A stretch of DNA of 36,014 bases, taken from contig CAYQPF010000035.1 of NCBI GenBank assembly GCA_964419225.1, positions 1 to 36,014 of the forward strand, given 5' to 3'. Below, in pieces: positions 27,405-35,950 of the stretch (positions are counted from its first letter, which is position 1; every line of letters begins with the position of its first letter). Under the pieces are notes generated by a model. The model did not search any database, had not been told where the DNA came from, and saw only the letters and a list, made by a program, of their open reading frames with translations. Source of the stretch: an uncultured Candidatus Cloacimonadota bacterium (GTDB taxonomy: Bacteria; Cloacimonadota; Cloacimonadia; Cloacimonadales; CAYQPF01). Made by a program: the position numbers and the translations under genes.

Positions 27405-28292
27405 TTAAGGTAATCTGTCCTTGATCATGGCGACAAATTCAACCAGTATCTCATTATTATCCATATTCTTGATCATTTTATAGGAATCTTCCAGGAGCTT
27501 TTCTGCTGTCTTGCGTGCCTTATCCAAACCCAATAAGGAAGAATATGTTATCTTATTATTCCGATAATCTTCACCTGGTTCTCTGCCTAAATATTCAAAT
27601 TCACCGATTTCATCCAATATGTCATCTATAACCTGATAAGCTAAACCTAAATTCAATGCATAATTCCCAATTGTGATGGTTATATTATCTTCCGCATCCG
27701 CCATTATGCAGGCCAAATCTGTGGCTGCCTGAAGCAGTGCACCCGTCTTCTTCAAATGAACATATCTCAACACATTGATTCTGACATTCTTGTCCGTCGA
27801 TAAAATATCAACAGCCTGACCACCTATCATTCCCCGTGTTGATACTGCCCGGCACATGGTATTGATGCAGCGTACTGCTTTTTCAGGTTCCTGAACCAAG
27901 GTAAGCATCTCAAATGCTTTGGTGATTAATGCATCCCCGGCAAGTATTGCCGTTGCGGGATCAAACTTCTTGTGGCAGGTCGGCTGTCCTCTTCTCTCAT
28001 CTGAATTATCTACACTCGGTAAATCATCATGAATCAATGAAGCTGTATGGATCATCTCCAATGCACAACCAACAGGCAGAACAGGATTCAGGACATTAGC
28101 ATTCTTCTTGCCTTTCAACATCTCATAAACAGCAAAAAAAAGAATTGGTCTAAGCCTCTTCCCTTCAGAAAATACAGAATATCGCATAGCCTCAAAAAGA
28201 CTTGACGGATTCTCTTTTACCGGAGTCAGATAACTGTCCAGAGCGTCTTCCAATATTTTTTTCCTACTATCAAAGTATTTTTGGATTAACAA
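27405..28292 (-). CDS. Polyprenyl diphosphate synthase (GGPP/FPP synthase, trans-IPPS)
   Basis: FARM 'LIHDDLPSVDNSDERRG' and SARM 'YQVIDDILDE' are present. The ORF is 295 aa. Confidence 0.85.
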   Translation of the reverse strand: MLIQKYFDSRKKILEDALDSYLTPVKENPSSLFEAMRYSVFSEGKRLRPILFFAVYEMLKGKKNANVLNPVLPVGCALEMIHTASLIHDDLPSVDNSDERRGQPTCHKKFDPATAILAGDALITKAFEMLTLVQEPEKAVRCINTMCRAVSTRGMIGGQAVDILSTDKNVRINVLRYVHLKKTGALLQAATDLACIMADAEDNITITIGNYALNLGLAYQVIDDILDEIGEFEYLGREPGEDYRNNKITYSSLLGLDKARKTAEKLLEDSYKMIKNMDNNEILVEFVAMIKDRLP

Positions 28293-28306
28293 ATTGCACC
28301 TCGCTT

Positions 28307-29335
28307 TTAAAGTGGTAAGGAAATTTTTGTGCCTTTTTTGGCAGATTCATACATCCCCAAAATGATTTCCAAAGACTTACGTCCCTCCCGACCATCTGTG
28401 TTTGCTTCTTCATGCCCCAGCAAAGTGGCTGCCACATTCCGGAGAAAACCGGTATGGCCATAACCATAAACACTTTGCGGATTGGTTGCGACATTTTCAA
28501 CCAATTTATCATCATCATCATAGTCCTTGAATTCCCAGTGCTCAATCTTATTCACTGCAATTCCTCCGACTTTGACTGTTCCGTTTTCACCCATTATTGT
28601 TATAGAGCCTTCCAGATTTTTGGGGAAAATATTCATCGTTACTTCCACATTTCCTAAAGCTCCGTTTCTGAATTTAATTATACCCATACCCTGATCCTCT
28701 ACTTCGATCCTATGGTTGGATGTTGTCGTAAATGACATAACTGACTCCACCGGTCCCATCAACCATTGAATCAGATCAAAATAATGCGAAGCCTGATTAA
28801 GAAAGGCTCCCCCGTCAAACTCCCAGGTTCCCCGCCATTTGGCCAAATCATAATAGGATTGAGGTCTGGCCCATCTGACTGTTACATTGGCAGAAAATAA
28901 TCTTCCGAATCTGCCTTTATCAATAGCTTTCTTTAAAAGCTGAATCGGAGAATTTAGTCTGTTCTGTTTAACTACAAAAAGACTAACCTGGTTTTGATCA
29001 CATGCTCTTATAAGTTCATCTGCAGACTTCAAATCGATAGCCATAGGTTTTTCACTTACCACATGGATCTTTCGTCTGGCAGCTTCAATTCCCATCTCAG
29101 GATGTAATCCACTCGGACTACAGATAAGCACTGCATCCATTTCTTCCTGATCAAGCATAAGTTTGTAGTCAATATAAGTTTTGTTGATCTTGTAGGTTTG
29201 TGCGGCTCTTTCTGCTCTTTCAGAAATGATATCTGCACAAGCTACAATTTCAGCTTCATCGATATTAGCAATTGCTTCAAAATGCTTTTCAGCTATTCTC
29301 CCGCATCCTATGAGACCAAATTTAATTTTCTTCAT
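28307..29335 (-). CDS. Gfo/Idh/MocA-family NAD(P)-dependent sugar (UDP-sugar) dehydrogenase
   Basis: N-terminal Rossmann 'KFGLIGCGRIAEKH'. C-terminal GFO_IDH_MocA_C-like region. It is adjacent to wecB. Confidence 0.8.
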   Translation of the reverse strand: MKKIKFGLIGCGRIAEKHFEAIANIDEAEIVACADIISERAERAAQTYKINKTYIDYKLMLDQEEMDAVLICSPSGLHPEMGIEAARRKIHVVSEKPMAIDLKSADELIRACDQNQVSLFVVKQNRLNSPIQLLKKAIDKGRFGRLFSANVTVRWARPQSYYDLAKWRGTWEFDGGAFLNQASHYFDLIQWLMGPVESVMSFTTTSNHRIEVEDQGMGIIKFRNGALGNVEVTMNIFPKNLEGSITIMGENGTVKVGGIAVNKIEHWEFKDYDDDDKLVENVATNPQSVYGYGHTGFLRNVAATLLGHEEANTDGREGRKSLEIILGMYESAKKGTKISLPL

Positions 29336-30414
29336 TTATCACTCTCTTTCAATAAATATTCTAAAATAAATTCCGCTGCCTTACCGTCCCCAAAGGCAGC
29401 ATTTTGTTCTGATGCTATCTCCTGGCAGGCTACAGCTTTTTTTATCTTTTCAGTATCTGCACCGCATATTATGTTCCAATTTCCGACTAAAGTTTCCACC
29501 CATTCTGTTTCATCTCGTAATGTTATGCAGGGTTTCTTTACAAAATAAGCTTCTTTCTGTAAACCACCGGAATCAGTCAGTACCTTAACACATCCATTCA
29601 ATAAAGCTAACATTTCCAAATATCCAACTGGATCAATCACTTTAATTGATTCAGACAGCTGAATCTTCTGCTCAGCAATATACTTTTTCGTCCTTGGATG
29701 TAATGGCAATATCACAGGAGCATCCAAAGTTCCCAACGCACCCAGAATACTCGAAAGTCTGGCCGGATGATCTGTGTTCTCCGCCCTGTGTAAAGTGGCA
29801 AGATAGTAGCTTTCAGGCAAATCATTAGTCTTATATAATTCCGGGTTACTCAGAATTTTATCCTGATAAAACAAAACCGAATCATACATTACATCACCGG
29901 ACAATACAGCATGCTCCAGCAGTCCTTCTGTTGTCAAATGCTGCATAGCTGTCTGAGTGGGTGCAAACAAAATATCACTGATCTTATCGGTAACAATCCG
30001 GTTGATCTCCTCGGGCATATTCCTGTTAAAACTTCTTAGACCGGCTTCTACATGTGCGACTTTCATATGCAGTTTCACAGCTGCCAATGAACCAGCTACC
30101 GTAGAATTGGTATCACCATAAATTACTACCCAATCAGGGTTTTCCTGCATGAGTACTTTTTCTATTTTGTCCAGCATTAATCCGGTCTGTTCTCCATGTG
30201 AACCTGATCCAACTTCCAGATTATAATCAGGCTTGGGGATATCCAGCTGTTCAAAAAATATGTCAGACATGTTCTGATCATAATGCTGCCCGGTATGTAC
30301 CAACACTTCCTGAATCTCAGGATGCCTTCCAATCACCCGGCTCAGGGTCGCAGCCTTGATAAACTGTGGTCTGGCTCCAATAATAGTCAGTATCTTTAAT
30401 CTATTTTTTTCCAT
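29332..30414 (-). CDS. wecB: UDP-N-acetylglucosamine 2-epimerase (non-hydrolysing)
   Basis: 'ILTIIGARPQFIKAATLSRVI', 'VHTGQHYDQNMS' and 'DSGGLQKEA' are present. The ORF is 360 aa. Confidence 0.9.
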   Translation of the reverse strand: MEKNRLKILTIIGARPQFIKAATLSRVIGRHPEIQEVLVHTGQHYDQNMSDIFFEQLDIPKPDYNLEVGSGSHGEQTGLMLDKIEKVLMQENPDWVVIYGDTNSTVAGSLAAVKLHMKVAHVEAGLRSFNRNMPEEINRIVTDKISDILFAPTQTAMQHLTTEGLLEHAVLSGDVMYDSVLFYQDKILSNPELYKTNDLPESYYLATLHRAENTDHPARLSSILGALGTLDAPVILPLHPRTKKYIAEQKIQLSESIKVIDPVGYLEMLALLNGCVKVLTDSGGLQKEAYFVKKPCITLRDETEWVETLVGNWNIICGADTEKIKKAVACQEIASEQNAAFGDGKAAEFILEYLLKESDK

Positions 30415-30511
30415 GCAATAACAAACCTATCTTTTATCTTATCTGTCAAGTATCTTCTTTGCAACAGCAGTATGCTTGCACAAATACTAACAGTACACAC
30501 GACGACTACTG

Positions 30512-30546
30512 TTAAAAAGGAGTCCCTATCCAAGGGATAAGGACTC
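30512..30546 (-). terminator. Putative intrinsic terminator downstream of the flotillin-like gene
   Basis: On the minus strand the hairpin 'gagtccttatcc-ctt-ggatagggactc' has an 11-12 bp stem with a 3-5 nt loop. It is followed by 'cttttt'. Confidence 0.5.
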
Positions 30547-30585
30547 ATATCTATAGTAATGTTTGAAAGATAAACGGAATTAAAC

Positions 30586-33132
30586 TTATTTTACTTCCGC
30601 ATCTCCACCTTGTACATTCTTCGGTGTTATCTGTTTAACTAAAAATGCTGATAATAATTCCATTACCCCATTTCCTTCACTTCCACCACTCTGGACAAGA
30701 AAATCAGGAGTTATCTTCACATTACTGCTGGATAATAACTTCGTTACTTCTATGGCTACAAGTCCTTCCGCACCTACAGCATTCTGTTGAAGCTTATATG
30801 CAGCTGCAGTAGCTTCACCTTTTGCCAGAATTGCAGTACCCTCTGCCTTACCTACAAAGGTTATACCATCAGACTCACCCTTCTTCTGCAACCTCACAGC
30901 TTCTGAACTTCCTTCCGCCTCAGTAATAACCTGTGCTTTTATGTTCTGTGCTATCTCTACATTGATGGCAGACTGGACAAGATCTCCCTGCCTGTCTGCT
31001 TCAGCCTTGGTCTTCTCAGTCGCGATACGGCTCTGCTGAGCTTTCTGCTGTTCAACATACATCGTCTGTTCCTGCTGAGCAATAATCTTCTGCGTCTGTG
31101 TATTCATCAGATCCTGAGGTAACTTAATCTGACAAATTAAAACTGAAACCAGCTCTACATGGTATTTTTCCAGTTCACGGCGGGCCCTTTCTTCAGCTTT
31201 TTCCTGTTCCTCATGTCTGTTTTGCATGAAGTTCATTGCTGATGTCGAGGATGCCTGATTCCGGAAACTGGAATCTATCATCGGATGTATAACATGATCC
31301 ACCAAATTCTCGATCGATCCAATCTTTGCCACCATATACGGTGCCTGATCAGGTCTGATTCTGATCACAACTTTTACCGATACACTTATCTCAAAACCAT
31401 CCCTGGAAATTACCTTCAACGGATCAAATTTTGTCGCTTCCTCTTCATCCCAATCTATTGTGATATTGGTTGTATTGACCACATACACTATGAAAGCCCG
31501 ACGGTTCAAATAATATATACCAGGTCCTACAACTTCACTCTGAATACCACGGAATCCTTTGGGAACTACATATCGTTCAATCCCTGCTTTTAGTCTGTCT
31601 TCAAAAATATCTGGTTTCACCGCAGGAACAGTCTCTCCGGCACTCTCATTCAAATCAGTCAGGGTAACAATTCTTTCTTCTTTTTGCTGTTCTGCTTCTG
31701 ATACGATCAGCGAAGCTTTGGGTTCTTCCCCCACATTAGAGATAACCACTGCAACTTCACCTCTCTGAATTGTGGTTACATCATCCTGATCTACAGTAAA
31801 CATTAAAGGATTTATATAATATGTACCTGGCTTAAGCACATCAAGCTGAGGTCCTCTCTGACCACCTTTATCCAAAAATGCCGTTATGTTCTGATAATTA
31901 TTATGCCCTTCTATCGGCTTCGCTACATACTCATTCTCAGGTAAGGGCTCACCATCTCTAGCCGTAACTAACCCAATCTTTGATGCCTGAATTACAGTTG
32001 CATCTTTGATAATTACATTGAATAAGTTAGTATTAACACGGTAAGTACCAGGTAATAAAATCTGGCATTGCGGTCCTTTTTCTCCGTTATTTCTCAAAAA
32101 CTCCTGCCCGTTTTCAAAATTAGAATGCCCCGGCACAACCTTGGCCAACAACCTTCCTTTGGTTATCTGAGCTCCGTCATTGGCTGTAATGACACCAACC
32201 TGACCCTGACCAACCACAATCGCATTTATCGGTTTAACGTTGAATAATTTAGTATTGATCCGGTAATTTCCCGGAGGCAATACTGCGATTTGCGGTCCCT
32301 TCTGCCCACCATTGTCCAGGAACATCTTGCCATCCTGGAAAGAATTACATTCTGCATCCTCTGCAAAAATCCTTCCTGCCGGTACCGGATTACCGTCTAT
32401 CGATTCCACAAGACCAATTTTACCTTCACCGATTGACGTTACTTCCACAACTGTTACGATAAATAGTCTCGTATTGATACGATAATTACCGGGAGGTAAA
32501 ATTCCTATTTGCGGTCCTTTCTGACCTTTGTTTTCAAAGAATTTCCGTCCGTCTTGAAACAGATTACAGTCCACATGCTTGGCAAAAATCCTTCCCGGAG
32601 GTACTGATTCACCGTCTATCGACTCTACCAGCCCTATCCTGCCTTCCCCGATTGTTATTACAGAATGAATTGTGACCTGAAACATTCTGGTATTTATTCT
32701 ATAAGTTCCAGGAGGTAAGATATCAACCTGCGGTCCTTGCTGACCGTTATTGTTCAAGAAGGCTTCACCATCCTGAAAATAATTCGATTCCACAGGTTCA
32801 GCAAAAATGCGACCCTTTGGTACCGGAATACCGGTTCTGGATTCTACAAGACCGATCTGATTATCTCCGATGATCACAAAATTAACTTTCTCCGACACAA
32901 AAATGTAAGGAACTACAAAGTGTAAACCGGGTCCAAGTGTCTTTACCTGAACACCAACTTCGCCACTCATAGCAAAAACACGGCCTTCAGGCATACTCTT
33001 ACCAAACCAGCGACGCTCCAATATCCGGATATTATTACCGCCTACCACTATAAAAGATTTGATAATGGTTATCAGCAGTATCAAGGCTCCCAGTCCGATC
33101 AGAATGTTCGTAAATGTCATCAATTCTAACAT
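30586..33132 (-). CDS. Flotillin-like SPFH/band-7 membrane protein, carrying an N-terminal array of five ~75-aa tandem repeats upstream of the SPFH and 'flotillin' coiled-coil (EA-rich) regions
   Basis: N-terminal TM helix. The repeat unit 'IGLVES.DG.PVP.GRIFA....CN.FQDG..F..N.GQKGPQ...LPPG.YRINT.LF.V' occurs 5 times. It resembles the start of YqiK-type SPFH domains. The C-terminal EA/Q-rich coiled coil is typical of flotillins. SD AGAGAGG lies upstream. Confidence 0.7.
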   Translation of the reverse strand: MLELMTFTNILIGLGALILLITIIKSFIVVGGNNIRILERRWFGKSMPEGRVFAMSGEVGVQVKTLGPGLHFVVPYIFVSEKVNFVIIGDNQIGLVESRTGIPVPKGRIFAEPVESNYFQDGEAFLNNNGQQGPQVDILPPGTYRINTRMFQVTIHSVITIGEGRIGLVESIDGESVPPGRIFAKHVDCNLFQDGRKFFENKGQKGPQIGILPPGNYRINTRLFIVTVVEVTSIGEGKIGLVESIDGNPVPAGRIFAEDAECNSFQDGKMFLDNGGQKGPQIAVLPPGNYRINTKLFNVKPINAIVVGQGQVGVITANDGAQITKGRLLAKVVPGHSNFENGQEFLRNNGEKGPQCQILLPGTYRVNTNLFNVIIKDATVIQASKIGLVTARDGEPLPENEYVAKPIEGHNNYQNITAFLDKGGQRGPQLDVLKPGTYYINPLMFTVDQDDVTTIQRGEVAVVISNVGEEPKASLIVSEAEQQKEERIVTLTDLNESAGETVPAVKPDIFEDRLKAGIERYVVPKGFRGIQSEVVGPGIYYLNRRAFIVYVVNTTNITIDWDEEEATKFDPLKVISRDGFEISVSVKVVIRIRPDQAPYMVAKIGSIENLVDHVIHPMIDSSFRNQASSTSAMNFMQNRHEEQEKAEERARRELEKYHVELVSVLICQIKLPQDLMNTQTQKIIAQQEQTMYVEQQKAQQSRIATEKTKAEADRQGDLVQSAINVEIAQNIKAQVITEAEGSSEAVRLQKKGESDGITFVGKAEGTAILAKGEATAAAYKLQQNAVGAEGLVAIEVTKLLSSSNVKITPDFLVQSGGSEGNGVMELLSAFLVKQITPKNVQGGDAEVK

Positions 33133-33669
33133 AATACCTCTCTAAATGAACTTAATTTATAGTTTCAATAGTACAATCATTGATTTATGTCAAGAAAATT
33201 GATAATTTCTTTTTGCGTGCTGGCAGAAAATTGAAAAGTGTCACAAGATTTGCAAATTTGGTCACCTCTAAAGTTGGGACTACAAGATTCCTTGTGGACC
33301 AATACAAAATAATCCATAACTTTTATTAAACTTCTACATATTTTGAATCTCTTTTTTTACTAACTTACTCTCCTGTTTTAATTTATTAACACTGTCAAGG
33401 TATAATATATTACTTTAATTTATTATATAGCAACATGTTAATTCCCCTCTATCAAGAGGGGTGGCAACGAAGTTGACGGGGTGTGTAAATCCAAAACCCT
33501 GTTTGCTATCATTAAACTTATACCATTTTTCAGATTATTCTCTTTAAACTTTGAACTAATTTCACAAACAGAATCAAGTAGTGTCCAAAATATTAACCTC
33601 CATTCGAAAAATACTCTCAGAAAAACTACTCCGTAAATAGAGTTTTCCCCAACTAATAACTCAATTCTG

Positions 33670-34092
33670 CTAATTTATAACTAACATGTGGGAGAGTTCA
33701 ATCGCTCTTGCACCAGTCTGCTTTGCCCATTTAGTAGTCAGCATCTGGTTAGCAGCTTTTTCAAACTCTCCAGATTTGACAAAACTAAGAGTGGTCTTAA
33801 ACTGCAATAGTCCTTTAATTCCAAGGTTGAAACACATATCCAGAAGCACCAGTTTACGGTTTTCTGAGAGGTTGTTGTAGATATCAGGAATGCTGGAAAT
33901 AAGCTCCAACTCACATCGCAAAATATCATTTTGAAGCAGTTCTTTGGCTTCCTGCTTTGAAATCCCTCAGTCTTCAAGATTACGACTGACTCCGATGGTC
34001 AGTTTACCTGATGTGCAGCGATACGGCTTAAGTCTCAAACCTTCATGCCTGATGAGTTGCTCTTTGACTCTAACTAATAAGCTCTGTTCCAT
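33670..34092 (-). pseudogene. T4-type (GH24) phage lysozyme gene interrupted by one in-frame TGA at 33967-33969
   Basis: The minus-strand frame reads 'MEQSLLVRVKEQLIRHEGLRLKPYRCTSGKLTIGVSRNLED*GISKQEAKELL...NRKLVLLDMCFNLG...KWAKQTGARAIEL'. This aligns along its whole length to T4 lysozyme ('[25 protein letters not shown]', 'RRCALINMVFQMG', 'SRWYNQTPNRAKRV'). GGAG lies 7 nt upstream of the ATG. Confidence 0.7.
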
Positions 34093-34322
34093 CTATACTC
34101 CAAATGTTATATTCAGAGTGATAGGAACCTGCTGCTGGTAATTTTATCAAATCGGCTTGCCTATGGATGCCACAGAAATTATCATTGACAGATGGTGTTT
34201 GCTCAGATTAATGTTAGCTAATTAAGAGCTTAAATTTGAGTCTATATTTTACGATCAAGCATGATCATATAGATATCAAATGAGTAGGAGTGGGAGGATG
34301 CATGATAAAGCTGTAGCGATGA

Positions 34323-34514
34323 TATCTATACCGCAGCTTGGTACAATGGGCTAAGCCAGCCAATGAACTATGTATATTTGATATGCACGACAACGTATGG
34401 GAGTGGAATTGGGACATTCATGGTAGCTATCCCAGCACTCAGGGTAACCAGCATAGTGCCCTGAGCAGGTCACTTAGTGCAATTCAAACGATCTATGAAA
34501 TATGCTGCAAATGA
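34323..34514 (+). pseudogene. Remnant (C-terminal fragment) of an FGE-sulfatase/SUMF1-domain gene
   Basis: A 63-codon open frame reads '...AKPANELCIFDMHDNVWEWNWDIHGSYPSTQGN...'. It matches the 'LGLYDMSGNMEEWCWDWHGKF' block of the 17..2212 protein and the canonical FGE 'YDMxGNVWEW' signature. There is no start codon and no upstream domain. Confidence 0.5.
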
Positions 34515-34570
34515 TCCAAAAAAAAGAATTGAGACTTGAGTTACGTACCTAAGTCAGAAAGGTTGGGTAG

Positions 34571-35614
34571 ATGTTAAATATTATTCGCATTACTCTTAAG
34601 AATCATCCTAAATTAAAAGATATAGACATATTGGGTGAAGATTTAGCTAAATCTCTTGATGCCTCAAAAGAAAATGCTGAACTTCTTGATCTTATATGTG
34701 ATTGTATGTACCATAGCGTAAGGCATTTTTTGGAAACTCCCTTTGGTGCAAGTACCTTCGAACTAACTGTCCATTTTATTGATGCCTATGGAAGAGAGTT
34801 AATAAGAACGTATCGGGATTATCAATATACACAAAGTACACTACCAGACATTCGAAATATGCATAAGGCAGATACAGATCAAGTGATCGATAGATTATTT
34901 GTTATTATTGTTGATAAAATTTTCCAGTTGTACTATCGACATTATGTCATTCCTGTTTACGAGGTAACTGATTTCGAAGGTGATCACTTCGCAGCTTCAA
35001 GTTTTATAATTAATCATAATAATAAAAATTATCTACTTACAGCAAAGCATGTTTACTTCGATATGGATAAAGAACAACCTGTTTTGCTATCTGATAGGTC
35101 TTATTGTTTTGGATGTAAAAGAGAGGCTATAGATATCTCCAAATCTATATATACAAAAGTGCATTTACCAGATTTTATTATTATTCCTATCGATAACCAA
35201 CTAACAAGAGAGATTATAGGTGATAATTTTCAAATAATCCCCGATAATCTCATTGATAAGTCAAAGTCTGAGACAAAAGGCCCTTTGATTTGTCACGGTT
35301 TTCCATATTCAAGGAATAAAAAACATTGGACACCAAGGCAAGACGTTTATATTCTAGGCACTTATGTGAAGTTTGATGAATGTAGTTTTGGTTTGACTTA
35401 TGATATAGAAAATACTAAACGTATGAATGGAACTATTGGAGCAGGTGTATCAACTCCTGGTATGAGCGGTTGTCCAATTTGGGAATTGTCCCTACTAAAT
35501 CTGATTACTAAATTTTCGCTAAAAGGTTTGTTTACAGGTTATTACAAAGAATTAAAAAAGAATAGGGGTGAGTACATCTATAAAGCCATTGAATATATTG
35601 ATAATCAGGTTTAA
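34571..35614 (+). CDS. Intracellular trypsin-like (S1/chymotrypsin-fold) serine peptidase with an uncharacterised ~130-aa N-terminal domain
   Basis: The ORF is 347 aa with no signal peptide. Catalytic-triad contexts are 'NYLLTAKHV' (His), 'LPDFIIIPID' (Asp) and 'GVSTPGMSGCPIWE' (GxSGxP Ser). The region is more AT-rich than the window's core genes. Confidence 0.6.
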   Translation: MLNIIRITLKNHPKLKDIDILGEDLAKSLDASKENAELLDLICDCMYHSVRHFLETPFGASTFELTVHFIDAYGRELIRTYRDYQYTQSTLPDIRNMHKADTDQVIDRLFVIIVDKIFQLYYRHYVIPVYEVTDFEGDHFAASSFIINHNNKNYLLTAKHVYFDMDKEQPVLLSDRSYCFGCKREAIDISKSIYTKVHLPDFIIIPIDNQLTREIIGDNFQIIPDNLIDKSKSETKGPLICHGFPYSRNKKHWTPRQDVYILGTYVKFDECSFGLTYDIENTKRMNGTIGAGVSTPGMSGCPIWELSLLNLITKFSLKGLFTGYYKELKKNRGEYIYKAIEYIDNQV

Positions 35615-35671
35615 AGAAATCTTCAATTCATTCGCATGAACTAAGTAAGTTCATAAACTTATCACAATAGC

Positions 35672-35950
35672 TCAATCAATATAATCTATGAATTGCACCT
35701 GAGCATCGTTTAATCCCAGCCTGAGACATCGGGAAGTGTAAGACTTGGTCTCTTTCATTACTTCTGCTGAGAACTCATCTCCAAGCTGATTTGATACTAT
35801 TTCCATTAGTTTCCGGAGATGCTCACTTGATACCTTTTCTGACTTCGGCATATCTGATAGCATTTTAATGGTTATTCTGGCAGATTCTCTGTTATTAAGA
35901 TGTAACAAGTTAAGATCTTTTGACCCGGATTGTGCAGTAGAGGTTTGCAA
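35672..35950 (-). CDS. Hypothetical small protein (92 aa), convergent with the trypsin-like protease gene
   Basis: ORF only. No recognisable motif. Confidence 0.25.
   Translation of the reverse strand: MQTSTAQSGSKDLNLLHLNNRESARITIKMLSDMPKSEKVSSEHLRKLMEIVSNQLGDEFSAEVMKETKSYTSRCLRLGLNDAQVQFIDYID

Noticed and set aside
28270-28545. A 91-aa minus-strand ORF spanning the GGPPS / Gfo-Idh-MocA junction.
   Set aside because: It overlaps the C-terminus of the well-supported oxidoreductase gene in another frame. It has no motif and is a likely spurious ORF.
33133-33669. A tRNA, tmRNA or riboswitch in the long intergenic region.
   Set aside because: I could find no cloverleaf or acceptor-stem/T-arm pairing and no recognisable conserved riboswitch core by eye. 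It is left as an unexplained non-coding region instead.
23899-33969. An alternative genetic code (TGA read as Trp or Gly, tables 4/25) as the explanation for the two in-frame TGA codons at 23899-23901 and 33967-33969.
   Set aside because: TGA is plainly used as a stop throughout the window. Several gene junctions have ATGA stop/start overlaps (7511, 4169, 17691, 18419, 20152), and many well-supported genes terminate at TGA. Nonsense mutation or sequencing error is therefore more parsimonious. Selenocysteine is unlikely because neither site is a catalytic Cys/Sec position.
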